Shown here piece by piece: positions 44,630-60,039 of a stretch of 64,000 nucleotides of DNA. Under the pieces are notes generated by a model. That model saw nothing but the letters and a program-made list of their open reading frames with translations, did not search any database and was not told the origin of the DNA. The stretch comes from the human T2T-CHM13v2.0 reference genome, Homo sapiens. The translations under genes and the position numbers were made by a program. The stretch lies in the NCBI RefSeq assembly GCF_009914755.1, contig NC_060928.1, one strand, 5' to 3'. The number at the start of each line of letters is the position of its first letter. The stretch's first letter is position 1.

Positions 44630-46621
44630 GGCTGGGGCAGAGTGCATCTGATAGTGTCTCAGTGAACATACATCACTTAATGGTGTGTTGATCATGAAAC
44701 AAATGAAGATCTATCATGATAAACTGAAAATTGAAAGGAACTGTGAATATGTTAACAGGCTGGTTACAAAAATTTGAGAAAAAACACAGCATTAAATTTT
44801 TAAAAATTTGTGGTGATAAAGCATCTGTTGATCATGAAGCAATGGAGAAATTCATTGATGAGTTCACTAAGATCATCACTGATGAAAATCTGGCACCAGA
44901 ACCAGTCTATAATGCTGATAAAACATTACTATTTTGGTGTTATCACTCCAGAAAGACACTAACTACAGCTGATGAGACAGCTCCTACAGGAATGAAGGAT
45001 TCCAAGGACAGAATAACTATGCTGGGATGTGCTAATGCAGCAGGCATGCGTAAGTGTGAACTTGCTGTGATAGGCAAAAGTTTGCGTCTTTGCTCTTTTC
45101 AGGGAGTGAATTTTTTTTACCAGTTCATTATTATGCTAACAAAAAGGTATAGATCACCAGAGATATCTTTTCTGATTGGTTTCATAAACATTTTGTACCA
45201 GTGGTACATGCTCACTGCAGGGAAGCTGGACCGGATGCCAACTGCAAGATTCTGTTAATCCTTGACAAATATTCTGCTCATCTTCCAGCTGAAACATCAT
45301 AAAAGATAATGTTTGTGCCATGTACTTTCCCCCAAATGTGACTTCATTAACTCAGCCATGTGACCAGAATATTCTTAGAATAAGAAAGGGTAAATATAAA
45401 ACACTTTCTTGACCAGCATGGTAGCAGCAGTGAACAGAGGCCTGGGTGTGTAAGGTTTTCAAGAGAAGTTTAGCATGAAGGATGCCACACATGCTTTTGC
45501 CAATGCTTGGCACAGAGTGATTGTAACTGTGTTCAGAGATGAGGAGGCACAAGGTAATGACTTTGAAGAATTCCTTAAGTCAAGTGAGAAAAAAGATGTT
45601 TGACCTCCTTACAAGTGCAAAAAATATCCCTTGAGAGTCTGTCAGTAAACTGGAAGAAATGAGGTTCTAGTTACTCATTCATTGATGGATAGTAAAGTAG
45701 CCAAAATGGCTCTGAATCAAGGTAATCATATTAATGAAGAAAAAGAAGATGTTGTTAACATGGCAGAAAAAGTACCTACATATGACATGGTGAAAATGTG
45801 AGATGGGCTTATTGAAGGACTAGAGCAGCATGCATGTATAACAGAGATCATGTCAGTTTATAAAATCAAAGAGAGGCTTCTAGGACGAAAACTGTTTTTA
45901 ATCAGGCAGAAGACTCTGGAGGAAATGTTTTAAAAAGCCATCCAGCTGAATACCTCCTCATCCCTAGAGGACTCACTTCCTGGTTCCAGATTCTGGTATT
46001 TCTTCTCACCTAAAAAAAAAATAAAATACAGTGTACGGTAACTTTTTAATCAAAATACAGCATTGTAGATAGAGACTGGAAGCCTGCCCTTGTTTGTTTT
46101 TGCATCATATATTTTATTATTCTTATGATTAATAGCTGACAGGCATTCTGGTGATAATACTGTGCTGTTTAGTTAACCTGAACACATAATTTTTTCTCTG
46201 AATTAATAGTATGTCAATTTCTTTTACTGTTAAGTGCTTAAGTGTGAATATGTGTAAAAAAATGCTTTCTTTTTTTACATACATAAAAATAGCATATAAA
46301 AATTCAGACTCAGGAATGATGATGATGCCAAACAACCACAGATTGTCCACACGGGTGGCTGATAGAGACATTTTTGCTTTCTGACCGTTTGATGTACATA
46401 AACTATGTTTCATGCATACAATTATTTTAAAGTATTGTATAAAATTATTTTCAGGCTATATGTATAAGGTATGTATGAAACAAATGAATTTAGTGTTTAG
46501 ACTTGGGCCTCTTCCCCAAGATATCTCATTATCTATATGTAAATATTTCAAAATCTGAAAAAATTTAAAAATCTGAAACACTTCTGATCCTAAGCATTTT
46601 GGGTAAGGAATACCCACCCTG
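44630..46621 (+). mobile_element. Tigger4 (Zombi)-like DNA transposon, 5'-incomplete, degenerate transposase
   Basis: ORF 44731..45258 GWLQKFEKKHSI...VYNADKTLLFW...KDRITMLGCANAAG (pogo-type DDE). End ...CTGAAACACTTCTGATCCTAAGCATTTTGGGTAAGGAATACCCACCCTG|TA matches the recalled Tigger4 terminus. Confidence 0.88.
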
Positions 46622-48249
46622 TATAGAAAATAAGAAATTATGTACTTTATTTGGCTTTTCCTCTTTTATTTATTTATTTTATCCCTGACTTTTCTTCTTG
46701 TATATATAAATGTAATTTAATATTCTGCAGCTGTTCTTTTATGACTTCATTTTAGCAAAAAACTTCGATAATTGTATTTATTAACAATGATATTTTCCTC
46801 TTGATGTCTGTTTTCTCATCTCTGCAAAGGCTTGATATCAATTCAACGATCATTATACATCTTTTCAATAGTACTATCTTCACATGTGTTTTTTTTCTTA
46901 AATTCAATTGTTAATTCTCTTGAGTGCATATTCAAAATTTTTGTACAAGTTACTTGTTTGATACATTTTTCAAAGCTTTGTGAAACCTAAGAATGTCTTT
47001 CTGCTATGCAGCCAGATGAATAATAAACTTGTTCATGTTCAGTCAATATGAATAATATATTATTCACAGACATTTCTGAACAGACTTTTCTAGGAACAAG
47101 GTAGTCAAATTTATTACAATAATGCCTAAAATAATTCTGAGAAGAACTTGAAGGCCTGCTCTAAAAAGGGTGTATGTCACTTTTAGCAAATTGATATTGT
47201 GATACTTGGTGCTTTTGTTCAGGGAACTTTTTGGTTATTTACCTATTGTTTGTTATGTCTTAGGTGATTGGGATATCCAGATAAATGTAGTGTTGCTGTA
47301 ATATTTTCCAAATATATCCTCTTAGGCCTATACATGACTACTCTGTTGATTTCACCGCATAAAAAGAGGAATCTTTGGCGTAGAAACTGAACCTTCCCTC
47401 TCACCTCTCTAAAGTTGAAGAGATAATGAATATAGCATTTAATGCTAATTCATTCTGACAGTCTTGGTGAAATCTTGAAGATTAGTGTTTCTCAGGGAGC
47501 AAGGGTTCTGAGCCCCATGAAACATGCTGGGGCTTCCAGAAGTTCACATGACGTCTCAACATGGCTCAACTAACTGTTTACAAAAAACATTGTTCATCTT
47601 CTGGATAAAAATCATGAGTCTCACATTTAAAGTTGAAGAAATTTTATGTAAGTCTCAAAAAAAAAAAAAAAATAATAGCTATCATGAGATAGCTTTACCC
47701 AGAAAAAGAAAATAGTGAAACTCAAGGTCACTTAGAAAAGATTCTAGTGCCAATGCAAAGAATGTCACAGACGGTTTCTCCTAAGGGAGTGCCTTCCTAT
47801 GGAGACATTTTTTTTTCTGGGCTATGTTTAGCATATAAGAAAGTTCTAGTTGAATAAAAAGCTGCAGCTGTTCCAGTAACTACTAGTTAATGAGGTCATT
47901 AAGGATCAGTGATGTGGTTTGTCTAAGACAAAAAGAAATGAAAAATATTAGTGAATAAGGAAAAATAGAGAATGGTTGCATATTGTATAACTTATCAGTT
48001 TAACTGATTTTACCTACTGTCATTAATATAAAAAAATTTGAAGGCACAAAAGGCAGATAAAGGAAAAAAGGGTGACAAGATCCTGAGCCGGGTCAAGACG
48101 TTGGGATGTTGGGAAATACAAATAAAGGTGAGAGCATGGCCTCCCAGGGCTTGTCAAGGAACCCTTTTATAGAAATCAAGGAAGATGAAAACATTTTAAC
48201 TGTATGTATGAATGTATCATTAACCACTCATTTCGTATGATATTTTAAT

Positions 48250-48350
48250 GGGCGTTGGAGTCAGACAAAGCTATATTTGAATCACAGCTCTACAACTTAC
48301 AATTTCATATGCTAGGGGTATTGAGCTGATTAAAATTCAGTCTTTTTCTG
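48250..48350 (+). mobile_element. MIR fragment
   Basis: GCGTTGGAGTCAGACAAAGCT...TTGAATCACAGCTCTACAACTTAC. Confidence 0.55.
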
Positions 48351-48900
48351 TATCAGTCAAGTTTTTTTAACCAATATATTATGAAAATTCAGCCATGAGT
48401 GCCTGAAACATCAAGGAAACTCTTACATAACAAGAATATTGGACATAGGGTCATTCCAGAGTTAATTCAGCGGCTTCGCTGCGTCACCAAATCCTCTGCT
48501 TCTTTCCCTCTTTCTCCTCTGCCATTCTCATTGTTTTGGCTTTTTTTTTTCTTCAAAAACTGACTGTCACCAAGAGGTTACTGCAGATCTGAGATGCATA
48601 TGAAGGTGAAAAATGTCCTGAAAAAGAAGTGTTTCTTACTAAGCTCCTATTATCAGTGAGGAAAACCTTCCCCAGAATCCCCACAACAGATGTCCCCACT
48701 GGTCTCATTGTCCAGGACTGTTTCAAATGCCAATCCCTGGCAAGGGGAATGAGATTATCTCAATGAGCTGGAACTAGTCATGATACTGTCCCCATAACTG
48801 GAGCAGAGTCCAGCACCAGAAGGTACATGGTGGGCCAATACTCAAACACCTTCTGTTTCTATGGAAGAAGTTGGCTTCTCAGACAGGCAACAAAGGGTTT
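48350..48900 (-). mobile_element. Old MaLR LTR (MLT1K/L-like)
   Basis: CCTCTGCCATTCTCA...GAGGAAAACCTTCCCAGAATCCCC...GTCTCATTGTCCAGGACTG...GGCAAGGGGAATGAGATT. Confidence 0.6.
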
Positions 48901-49056
48901 CTATTGGTATGTGATAAAGTAGTCAAGTGCCTGACATAATCAGTATGAGAAAATTACTAGATATCGTTACAACTTTAGAAAACATATGTTTAATGAATAT
49001 TTAAAAAAATTCAAATTTGCTGTAAACAATAAGATAAACAAATAAATAAAATTTAG

Positions 49057-49429
49057 TGATTTGATTTGAATATTTTCATCCTCCTCCAAATTCATGTGTT
49101 GAAGTCCTGACAGTAAAGTGATGCTATTAGAAGGTCAGGTCTTTGGAGGCGATTAGGTCATGGGTGATTAGGACAGAGTCCTCATGAATGGGAACAGGGA
49201 CCTTATAAAGGAGGCATGCGGGAGCTCAATCACCCCGTGTGCCATGTGAGGTTATAGTGAGGACATGGCCTTCTATGTACTAGGAAGAAGTCCCTCACCA
49301 GGAGCCAAATCTGCTGGTGACTTGATCTTAGACTTCCCATCATACAGAACTGTGGAAAATAAATTTCTGTTTTTCATAGGCCACCTAATCTATGGTATTC
49401 TGTTATAGCAGCTCAAATGGACTAAAATA
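49057..49429 (+). mobile_element. MaLR solo LTR (MLT1A-like)
   Basis: CCAAATTCATGTGTTGAAGTCCT...CTCATGAATGGGA...CCCTCACCAG...AATAAATTTCTG...CTATGGTATTCTGTTATAGCAGC...GGACTAA. Confidence 0.88.
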
Positions 49430-51329
49430 CTCAGGATTGATTGTAAGTAAAAATAGACTCTGAGGCATGCTAGACATAGATTAAATGAATGGAATTAGTA
49501 AAGAGAGCATACGTGTTGAAGATAGGTACAAAGAAGGGAAGAACCAATAAAGTCACTGAATATTTATGATTTTCAGGTTTTATCACTTTGTGCACCTGTT
49601 GGTGGCATCCATTCTGGCCCCATATATACTTTCCCAAAACAAATGGATCAAAGTTATGGCTGCTCAGCTAGTTATTGGTGAGTTTGAGCTATGGCAAGTA
49701 TACTTGCTCTTGTGTCTTTTGAATAGAAAAAGAGTGTTTACTCCAGGCACCTCTTATCTGCTAAGCCAACTTGTTCAATCTCAGTTATGGCCTTTATAAT
49801 CACACTGGCTGCGTGCTGAGGTTGCAGGGAGGCAAGAGATCGGGAAGAGAGAGAGAGAAAAAGAGAGAAGACAGGATACATAAACATTGCCTGACCAAGG
49901 ACTCAGGTAGTGTGGCCATTATATTCCACTTGCATGATGTCCTAAGTGCTTTAAGTTGATTCAATAAGCTTTGTGATTTGAGTGTCTTAACTTGTTCAGT
50001 GAATCTTTCTCGAATAGTTTGTCTAATAGTAATAAACTAAGAGGCTATAATATTGTGTCAATTTTCTATTGAGACAATAAGTTTACATAGAGAATAAAAG
50101 AGAGATGGAAGGAACATTACAGAGTACCTACTTAAATTCTAGTATTTTATACCATAGGAATATATAACCAAGGAGGGATTTAAAAATTTGTGGCTAATCA
50201 TGTCTGAAGCATATGTAATATAACAGTAGTTCTAACACTTTATTTTAAAACTGATATTAGTTCATTATCTGTACATAATAAAAGGAGACAAGTTGGAGTT
50301 TTAAAAACATTTTAGTTATAATTCATATGATGATTCTGTTCCTTCTATAATACGGGGTATTACTTTCTGATGAGGGTATGCCATCTGACACTTTATTATT
50401 TTTTTCTGACATACTTATATAATGCTTTTACTCCATAAAATCAGAACTATTTGGTCTGTCTTATATTCAAATTGTGGAAACTTCAGGGAAAGAAATCTGA
50501 TTTGTAGTTAGAGATGTATTCTGGTCAAGACAGCTCAGTAATTTCATGCATTGCTCTAAACACATAGCAATGATAGATAAATTTAAAAAGAGTTAACCCA
50601 AAACTAAACAGATAAATCTTATTATTGACCAATGATAGGAGGGCTGACCTATTGGGCTTTGGATACACAAACCTGTAGGAGTAGTTTTGAACTCTGTTCC
50701 CACAGGGTAAAGTGAACAGGGATGAGGACTTTATATGCTATTTGAATTCTGCAAATAGGAGGGCTCTACTTGTATGAAAGAAGCCTTTGAAAATGATCAC
50801 GGTTTCTCATAGCTTCTATGGCTACAGATTTTAGTAAGCCATAGACTTAGAGGACCCACAGAGACCCTGTGATCATGAATAAACAAAGATGCCCACATGC
50901 TCTGTGTCCAGATCTCACAAATGGCTGTAGGATAGGTGACCCAAAATACCACTACAAGATCTGCTACTAGAGAGACATCCCTTGGGTTGGGTGGAAGAAG
51001 CATAGATGAAACACATATAAGATCAAAGTTATAGAAATTCTCTGATCCAAACTAAGCCCATAAACAGAATTCTAAAATTCATGAAGAAACTTAACTAATA
51101 AGCAAGATAGTAAACAAATTATGTAGTAAGCACATAAACTCATTGTAGATAAAATTAATTTTAAGAAGCAAGTTTATAATATGTATATTTAGATGCTCTC
51201 TGCAATAGGCCAGCTGGTCCTAAACTAGCCACCCAGCTTAAATGACTATAAAATAGGACAAAATATATAAAATTATTGCTTTCAGCCTTGTGATTAAAGG
51301 TGTAAGAGAGTGATTCCCAGTGGTGGGCA

Positions 51330-52240
51330 GTATACGAGGCAAGCTGTATGGTGTCCCTGACTTTCTGTTTGGAGATCCTTTCTAATCTACTGTGCAAGCA
51401 TGCAGAACTCAAATAAAGCGCAGAGTGTTTGCTGAGTTGAAGTGCAGAGATCAGAGTTTGGGCTAGTGAAACAGCTGGGATGTATGAAGAAAGTTACCAG
51501 AGAGGAGAACACTGCAAAAAGAAGGAATTCCTGAAATCTAAATTACACATTCTCAGGGCAAGACTCCACAGGAATAGGCAATAAATAAATAAATAAATAA
51601 ATAAATAGAAAACCTACCAGAGAGCTAAGAACACAGCAACTTCAATAGCTTGCAAAGGGCTGGAAGCTATTGCAAGCTTTAATTTCAACTAACTGGATGG
51701 AGGAATATCAGGAGACACTTGGGATTTCAGTAGAAGTTTCAGGCAGCCATCACTTAGGAATAGGGCTAACGTATCCCTAGAGTAAAGGCAACTCTAGACC
51801 ATGCTAACAATGTTTGAAAACAAGCCTTGAAAGGATTGAGCAGAGCTACACATGAATGAACTGCCTACCAGAACAAAACAAAAGTTTTAAGGAAGACAAC
51901 AAAATTCAGACATGCAAAAAGGCAGTACTCATAATGTCCAGCACACAATAGAAATTACTAGATATGTAAAGAAGAGGAGGAAGAAAAAGAAAAAAAAAAG
52001 TGGTCCATAGCCAGGAGAAAAAGTAGTAAAAAAACAGAGATTCAGCATTATGGAAATGATGGATTTAGCACACAAGGACTAGAGAATAGCTATTGTAAAT
52101 ATGTTCAAAGAATTAAAGGCAACACGAATATAATAAGGGAACAAAAAGGTAATCTCAGCAGAGAAAAGGAAACCATATAAAAGAACCAAACGGAAATCCT
52201 TGAATTGAAAAATACAAAATACAAAATGAAAAATACTATC
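51330..52240 (+). mobile_element. Old L1M 5'UTR/ORF1 fragment
   Basis: GAAATTACTAGATATGTAAAGAAG...ATAGCTATTGTAAATATGTTCAAAGAATTAAAGG...AATCTCAGCAGAGAAA...AAGAACCAAACGGAAATCCTTGAATTGAAAAATACAA. Confidence 0.65.
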
Positions 52241-54788
52241 ACTTCTGCAGCTGTAAACCTTGGTGTCCCTTTGGTTATAAATAAACAATTACATAATCCC
52301 TTCTAAGTAAGCATAGAAGTGAAAAGTAAATATGAAAATTTAGAGGTTATTCATAACACTAAGTCCTTGGAATCAAGAGCAAGAAAACAGAAGTTAAGGT
52401 AGCTATTCTCTCAGCCCCTCTAACTCTGACCACAGGGCTTTGCGTCTCTGTTTTCATCTATATATGTGCTTCAAACTCTCTCTCTCCCTGTAGCATGATT
52501 TTCTCTGAAAACATGGTTGTCCCATATCATCCAAGTTTAAAGATTCAGTTGCAGTATAAGCTAAGGAAATTATTTTCCCTTAATTTCAATTCCAAACTCC
52601 TATGGAAAAGAATCTAAGTGATCAAACCGAGGTCAGGTATTTACACCTGTCTTAATTTTCTACAGCTCTGGGGACTAATTAGTGCTATCTGAACAAACAT
52701 GACCACCAATGACACTTCCAAAGATTTTTTTTTCTGAAAGAAAGAACACTCATTGAGTGAGCCTACCCTACAAGTCAGCATATGGACATCAATATACTTT
52801 GGTAGTTAGTTCTAGAAAGTAAAATATGCATTTCATACCTTTTTAAAATTAGATACAGTAAATACCATATTATCTGTATTGGCAAGCTTTAAACCTTTTA
52901 TAAAGTACAGGAAATTACCATGTCCTTGTAAAAGTTAAAAAAATAATTTATCCAATAAAATGAATAATCAATCTTTGTGTATTTTTTTTTATTAGGAAGA
53001 TAAAGATAATGCTTCCTTTCCTTGGGCATAATGACTATATAAACCACTTACTACATCTTCATGTCAAATGACCCTTCCTTCTAGGGTCTGATTGTCAAAT
53101 GTAGATAAAAGCAACAGAAACTAAGGATCATAAATTCTAGTCACACAAGGCTGGAGCTATGGACTTTTCTTAAGCTGGTACATTTGTCTACACTTTGTGT
53201 GCAGGGCAGACTGCAATCCCTTGCTGTATGGCTTTTGAACCTAATAAGAAGCTAGTAAATACCCTGGGTTACCAAAGAAAGACTTACTCTAAAGCATGGG
53301 GGAATAAAGGAGACATACTGCTGACTTCCTGATTCTCCTCTTTGTTCTTGTTTCATTGATCTGAAAAAAAAAAATAGAGAATGTCAGAAAAAGTTGAAAC
53401 CTATTCACGGTTGTGAAACTCTCTAAGAGCAACCTTCAAAAAAGAAATAATAGGAATTAGGGTTTAGAGATAACATGTAGACATTCAAGTAACTAATAAG
53501 AAGGGTGGAGGATGGGCATGATGAACAGTGCATGCTGCAGGATTAATTTAAGTAAAGCCCTAGTAGTTTAGGTGAGAAAAGAACATAGTCTTAAGATCTT
53601 TGCTTAAGATGGGCTGTGCATCTGATGCACCGTTGGAAAGATGGGCTGTGCAGAGTAAGAAGAGAATTGACATGATTCAATTGTTTTTATGGGTTCAGAT
53701 GCCCAGAGGAGTGGAGACTTGGGGCTACAGTTTTAAAGGACGGGTGAGATTCAATCATTTGGGCCTCACTATTTTGCCATGCTTACCATCTGAGATCACT
53801 TCCTCTTTAAAAATTTTTTTTTGTTTGTTTAGCTTTGCTTTGTTTGCATGTTCAGCAATGCTGGGCATTATAGCTTCATTTGGCACTAACAGTGACCCTC
53901 AACTGTAAACGGAATGTAACACTGCCCTTTTGTGAATCACTTTGGGCTCCTCTTATTTTGCAAATGGAGAGTCTTGACTTCCAATAAAACTTAGGAAATC
54001 CTCAGCAAGGGCTTTATTGTCTTATTAAAACTCCAGTAATTAGGGAAATCGGTCAGCCATCATCTCACTTTTGTGTGTGTGCTCTCCCACTATGCCAATT
54101 TGTCCATTCACCCATGGATTTGACATGTTCACAGGAATTTCTGCCTAGAGCAGTGAGAAAGTTGAAGCATGGATTCTTATTAGACTGATAAAATTAGACA
54201 GGACAAATCACTTAGAAAAATTCATTAGGAAATAACACTGAGTAAGAAAAGAAACGAGTAATTATTCTACAATCGTTCTGTTATTCTATAGCAGGCTTTT
54301 AAGAAAACAACTGACTTGTTAAGTGTCAAAGCATTTATTTTTAAATAAATTATTCTCTCCACTCAGTGAAACTTACTCATATGTCAATGTAAAATATGGC
54401 CATCTTTTTAGAGCAAAGGATGATACCCAAGTTGCATTATAATCTGCCTGTTACTGTTACAGTGGTTATTGTGATAATTTCTATTTCTATGCTTGTACCT
54501 AATATATGGTTTTCAAAGCATTATCAAATAACACAAATAGCTAACAACAAGGGAAAAGTTTTAAAATTATGATGCATGAGGTTAAATATTTTCAAATAAT
54601 GTTAATTGATCAAAAAATGCTTTTCATAAAATTATGATTAAAAACAAGTACAGAACTCTAAATGCAGCATGATGCTAATTATATATATGTATATATATCT
54701 ATTACTATCTTGTTTTAGTTTTTATATATATATCTATTTCTCTACCTATAAATACATCAAATACATCTATATAGTCTAGAAAGTTATA

Positions 54789-55282
54789 CAGTTGACCCTT
54801 GTATAACACAGGGGTCAGGATCACTGGCCCCAGTACGATAAAAAATCCACACATAACTTTTGACTTCCCAGAAACTTAACTACTAATAGCCTCCTGTTGA
54901 CCAGAAGCCTTAGCAATGACTTAAACAGTCAATTAACATATATTCTGTATGTGGTATATACTAGATACTGTATTCTTTCAATAACTTAAGCTAGAGAAAA
55001 GCTTAAGAAGATTATAAGGAAAAGAAAATATATTTACTATTCATTAAGTGGAAGTGGATCATCATAAAGGTCTTCATCCTTGTGGTCTTCAAGTTGAGCA
55101 GATTAAGACGAGGGAGAGGAGGTGCTGCTCTTGCTGTCTCAGGGGTGGCAGAGGAGGAAGAGGTGGAGGAGGTGGAAGGGGAGGCAGGAGAGGCAGGCAC
55201 ACTCAGTGTAACTTTTATTTAAACCACTCCATGTATAAGTGGACCCAAGCAGTTCTAACCTGTGTTGTTCAAGGTTCAACTG
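54789..55282. mobile_element. Tigger2a/MER28-type non-autonomous element with both terminal repeats
   Basis: TA|CAGTTGACCCTTGTATAACACAGG ... CCTGTGTTGTTCAAGGTTCAACTG|TA: inverted termini and TA target duplications. Confidence 0.92.
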
Positions 55283-55757
55283 TACACCAAATGTTGAAGG
55301 TAAACAGCAGAATTTTTATTTTTGTATACTCTTTCTAAGTTTTTTATTATCTATTAATATAACTAATGAACATTTATTTTGTTAAAAAATTATTTATAAC
55401 TTAACTATAATAACTTCTGTACATTTGCTAATACGACGGGTTGAAAAGAATGAATCTTAAGAAAGGTGAGTTGAATCCCAATGGCAATCTATTGCTATGT
55501 GAGGATAGCTCAGAACTCTCTCTCCAATGTTTGGCAAAAACAGTCTCTCTTGACTTTTTATCAACGACTTGCTCTCAGATTTAAACCAATATAGTATTAT
55601 CAACTTTGGATTTGGCAAGTGTAGAGCTCATTTTCCTAACGATTGATAACATGACGGCTGCTGGTTTTGTCTTAGGAAATACAAATTTGAAAGCAGCCAC
55701 TCAGGTTTCAATCAAATTCAGACTTATTACAAAATTCTTATTACCCTGGAAAAATTA

Positions 55758-56104
<347 letters not shown>

Positions 56105-56133
56105 AGAAGACTTGCATTGAACCTTAAAGCTGC

Positions 56134-56207
56134 CTGGTGTACAGTTGCATACTGGTACACTGGTACAGCTAACTGGTACACTGGTACACTGGTACAGCTG
56201 ACTGGTC
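56134..56207. repeat. Short imperfect tandem repeat of ACTGGTAC with interspersed CAGCT
   Basis: ACTGGTAC-ACTGGTAC-AGCTA-ACTGGTAC-ACTGGTAC-ACTGGTAC-AGCTG-ACTGGT seen directly. Confidence 0.85.
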
Positions 56208-56394
56208 CCAGTAGCATAAATTGGGACAGTGTGGTCAAGGGGACCCAGATTCCAGCTAGAGAAAGGCCCGTTGGGTCTACAATAAGTCTTAAGATTGCGA
56301 AGGGATCCAGAGACTAAAACATGTGGGAATTGCTGCTCTAGATAAACACCTTTATAATAAGCCCACTGCAGCCAGTAGCGAGCTGTATATCTGA

Positions 56395-56694
<300 letters not shown>

Positions 56695-56705
56695 TGTCTT
56701 GTGTC

Positions 56706-57010
56706 TTTTTCTTTCTTTTTTTTCTTTTTCTTTTTTTTGAGTCTCACTCTGTTGCCCAGGCTGGAGTGCAGTGGCATGATCTCGGTTCACTGCAACCTTG
56801 CCTCCTGGATTCAAGCGATTCTTCTGCCTCAGCCTCCTGAGCAGCTGGATTACAGGCATGCACCACCAAGCCCAGATAATTTTTGTATTTTTAGTACAGA
56901 CCAGGTTTCACCATATTGGCCAGGCTGGTCTCAAACTCCTGACCTTGTGATCCACCCACCTCAGCCTCCCAAAGTGCTGGGATTACAGGCGTGAGCCACC
57001 GTGCCCAGCC
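56706..57010 (-). mobile_element. AluS in tandem with the preceding Alu
   Basis: T-rich tail and both antisense arms. Confidence 0.96.
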
Positions 57011-58542
57011 ACTTTTTTTCTGATACACCAAAAAGTTGCTTCTGTCAACCTATGACTTGTAATCCTTATGTAAGATGATAGTCAGATTCATGACAATAAA
57101 CAGCCATGTGTAATTCATTGTGTTACGGATGTAAAGAAATAGTTGGAAGGACATTGTAATTTTTACTTATACAGAGTACACTTTTTTGAGCTCCCATTAG
57201 AGAAATTTCTCTGAAATTTCAGAATCAGAAAATATTGGGTCTCCATTTAGTAAGTGATTTGTTTTTACAGATACCACAAATCCTACAATTTTTCCTGTTT
57301 CTGTCTTGGCTTTGGTTTCTTGGAATCTTACCATCTTACTGTTTGTCCCTTCTAGCCATTGCTTTGCATACATTTTAGCATAAATTTCCACGTGCCGACC
57401 TTCTGACTTTTTCTGTCTTGGCACTGTCACATTGTCACAATTTCTAGATTTATTTTCCACACACACATATACACACCAATGCTTTGGAGGCGAGGTATAC
57501 ACACATATGCAGATAGGTATGCCTGAGGATTTCATTGGATTTCCACAGTTGTTCCTGCTTTGCTGATGAAGACTCTGAGGACTGATTCATTTAGCCAAGG
57601 TCACCTGGCTTGTAAAAATAGCTAGGGTTAGAACAGATTCTAGCTTTTCTTAAAACAATCACACTACCTCTTTCTGTAGCTACTTTCAAAGGAAGCATCA
57701 AAAGAAGCCCCTTAACTCATTAATACGAGTAAGGAGCCTTCTCCATCATGAAATGCACACTAGTGTCTCAACAGACTTAAAGTTCTCTAAGTTACCAAAA
57801 CTTGAAGAACGGGAAATGCCAACATTTTGCAGGTTTTACTATGATTGCATCTATTCAGCATTAGAAAAATCCTAAATTTCATATTTATTTTATAATTATG
57901 TAAATAATGACACAAGAATTCTTTTAAAAGTTCCTTGATAATTTTAATTCTCCAGAAACATAGTTGTTGAAAGTAAGTTCCTTTCATGATACCAGTCCTG
58001 TTCCATATCAACTTATGACTTGCTCTCTGGCTGATTGAAATACAGGGTCTAAGACATGCTTTAGCAGCAAAAAATGTAAAGGAGGAAATGTATAGTTTCC
58101 TTTTATTTAGAATGAATATTTGCTTAAGGTAGATAACATTTCTTTTCCAATTACATTTTTCCTTAACATGTACTAGCATACTTACTGAAAAGATATTTTT
58201 CTTATACTATAACCTGTTAAGCATATAAATAATTTGTTGTCAACAATATTAAAACTCTTCTCTGTTGGTAGCAACACATGGGAAAAAGAGAAGGGTGAAG
58301 CACTCTGAAATCAAATTAGCAAAGAGAAGGAAAGTGAGCTCACTGCAGAAGACCATGTGGTAGCCTTTCTACTGCTGCACTGGTAGATGGTCTCATATCT
58401 TTCCTACAATGGCAATACATGATGGTTTTTTCCTGGAGCTCTTAGGCAACATTCATTGAACGGATAGTTCAATTTTCAAAAAATAAAGATGTATTTTTTG
58501 ATGGAGTTTGGGCCATTTCAAACCTTCACAAGGAATTTGTAA

Positions 58543-58861
<319 letters not shown>

Positions 58862-60039
58862 AGTTATTCATAATTCTTATCACAGAATCCAAATGGCTCA
58901 GTTTGAATTCTGAATATGGCACAGGGGTGGGAATGGTTTACAAACCAGAGGCCATATATTGAGTTTAGATACCCACTGAAAAATTAGTGTTCGAGGAGTC
59001 AGCAAAATATATCAAAGTCTGACACTATTGGGTTACTCTGTTGAAATCGTTCCATGAAGTTTAAAGACCAGTTTCCAGAAGGTCAGTTGGGGTTGTCCAG
59101 CACATAACATTTTCCGTATTTGCATTACTTTGGCTTTGTCACTTGAATATTGGCATGGGAGCCTGTGCTTTGTGGTTTGAGAGTTTTTTAGTTGCTTATT
59201 TCTCAACTTAAGCAATAATCCTCTTTTGCTGACAGCTTTTTAGTTACTGTAGAAATGATTGTGTTGTCATAAACACAGCTTTAGGATTTCAGGTGGGAGG
59301 GGGAGAATCAGAGGGTGTTCAACAAAAAGCTCATGTTTCCACCCAAACACACCCACCTAAGTACTTGCAGAAGGCTCAGGGAAAACAGAAGCAGAATTCT
59401 TTTCCCTGTTCCACTTTTCAAAGTTCATTATGTGGAATCAGATGCTTTTAAAACATTTCAAAAGAGGCTTCCATTTAACCTCCAAAAATAAACAAACCAC
59501 AATTCTGCTCCCCATTTCTCCCTCAATTTAATCATTTGTTCCAGTTTTCCTACCTTTGAAATCAGATGATTCAGCTCCTCTTTCTGCCTTAACAGTTTGG
59601 AATAATTCGAATTTCAGAAGCTAATGCTTGATTCTTCTGCTCTCCTTATTTTTATATTGTAATAGTCTTCATCTGTTTTCTATCACTTAATTTCTGATTT
59701 GGATCTCTTTCCTTTAATTTTCCATGAGGACTATTCTCTCTTTTGTCTGTTTTCTCTTTTTTATAATTCTCACTCTCCATTCATGCTCCAAGAAAATGGA
59801 CCTTTTCTGCCATGATTTCGCACTCCTTTTTAAACTTTCCTCACCCATGTTCCACTTTCTGCTTTTAAGTCAGTAATAAGATATTATTTGAAGCGTGGCT
59901 CAGATCTCATATTTTAAAAGAATTTCTCTACCTATAATGGCTTCTAGCAGACTCTACCTCAGCTATGTCCCTAACTGCTTCTCTGACAGAACTTCGCGTG
60001 GCTTCCTTCCTCTTCTGTCTGGTTTTTATGGTTTCCCAA

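Noticed and set aside
44731-45258. Longest ORF (175 aa) with pogo/CENP-B-like motifs as a possible domesticated TIGD/JRK gene
   Set aside because: It lies in a Tigger4-like element, starts at a non-ATG codon, and frameshifts and stops follow; ordinary decay.
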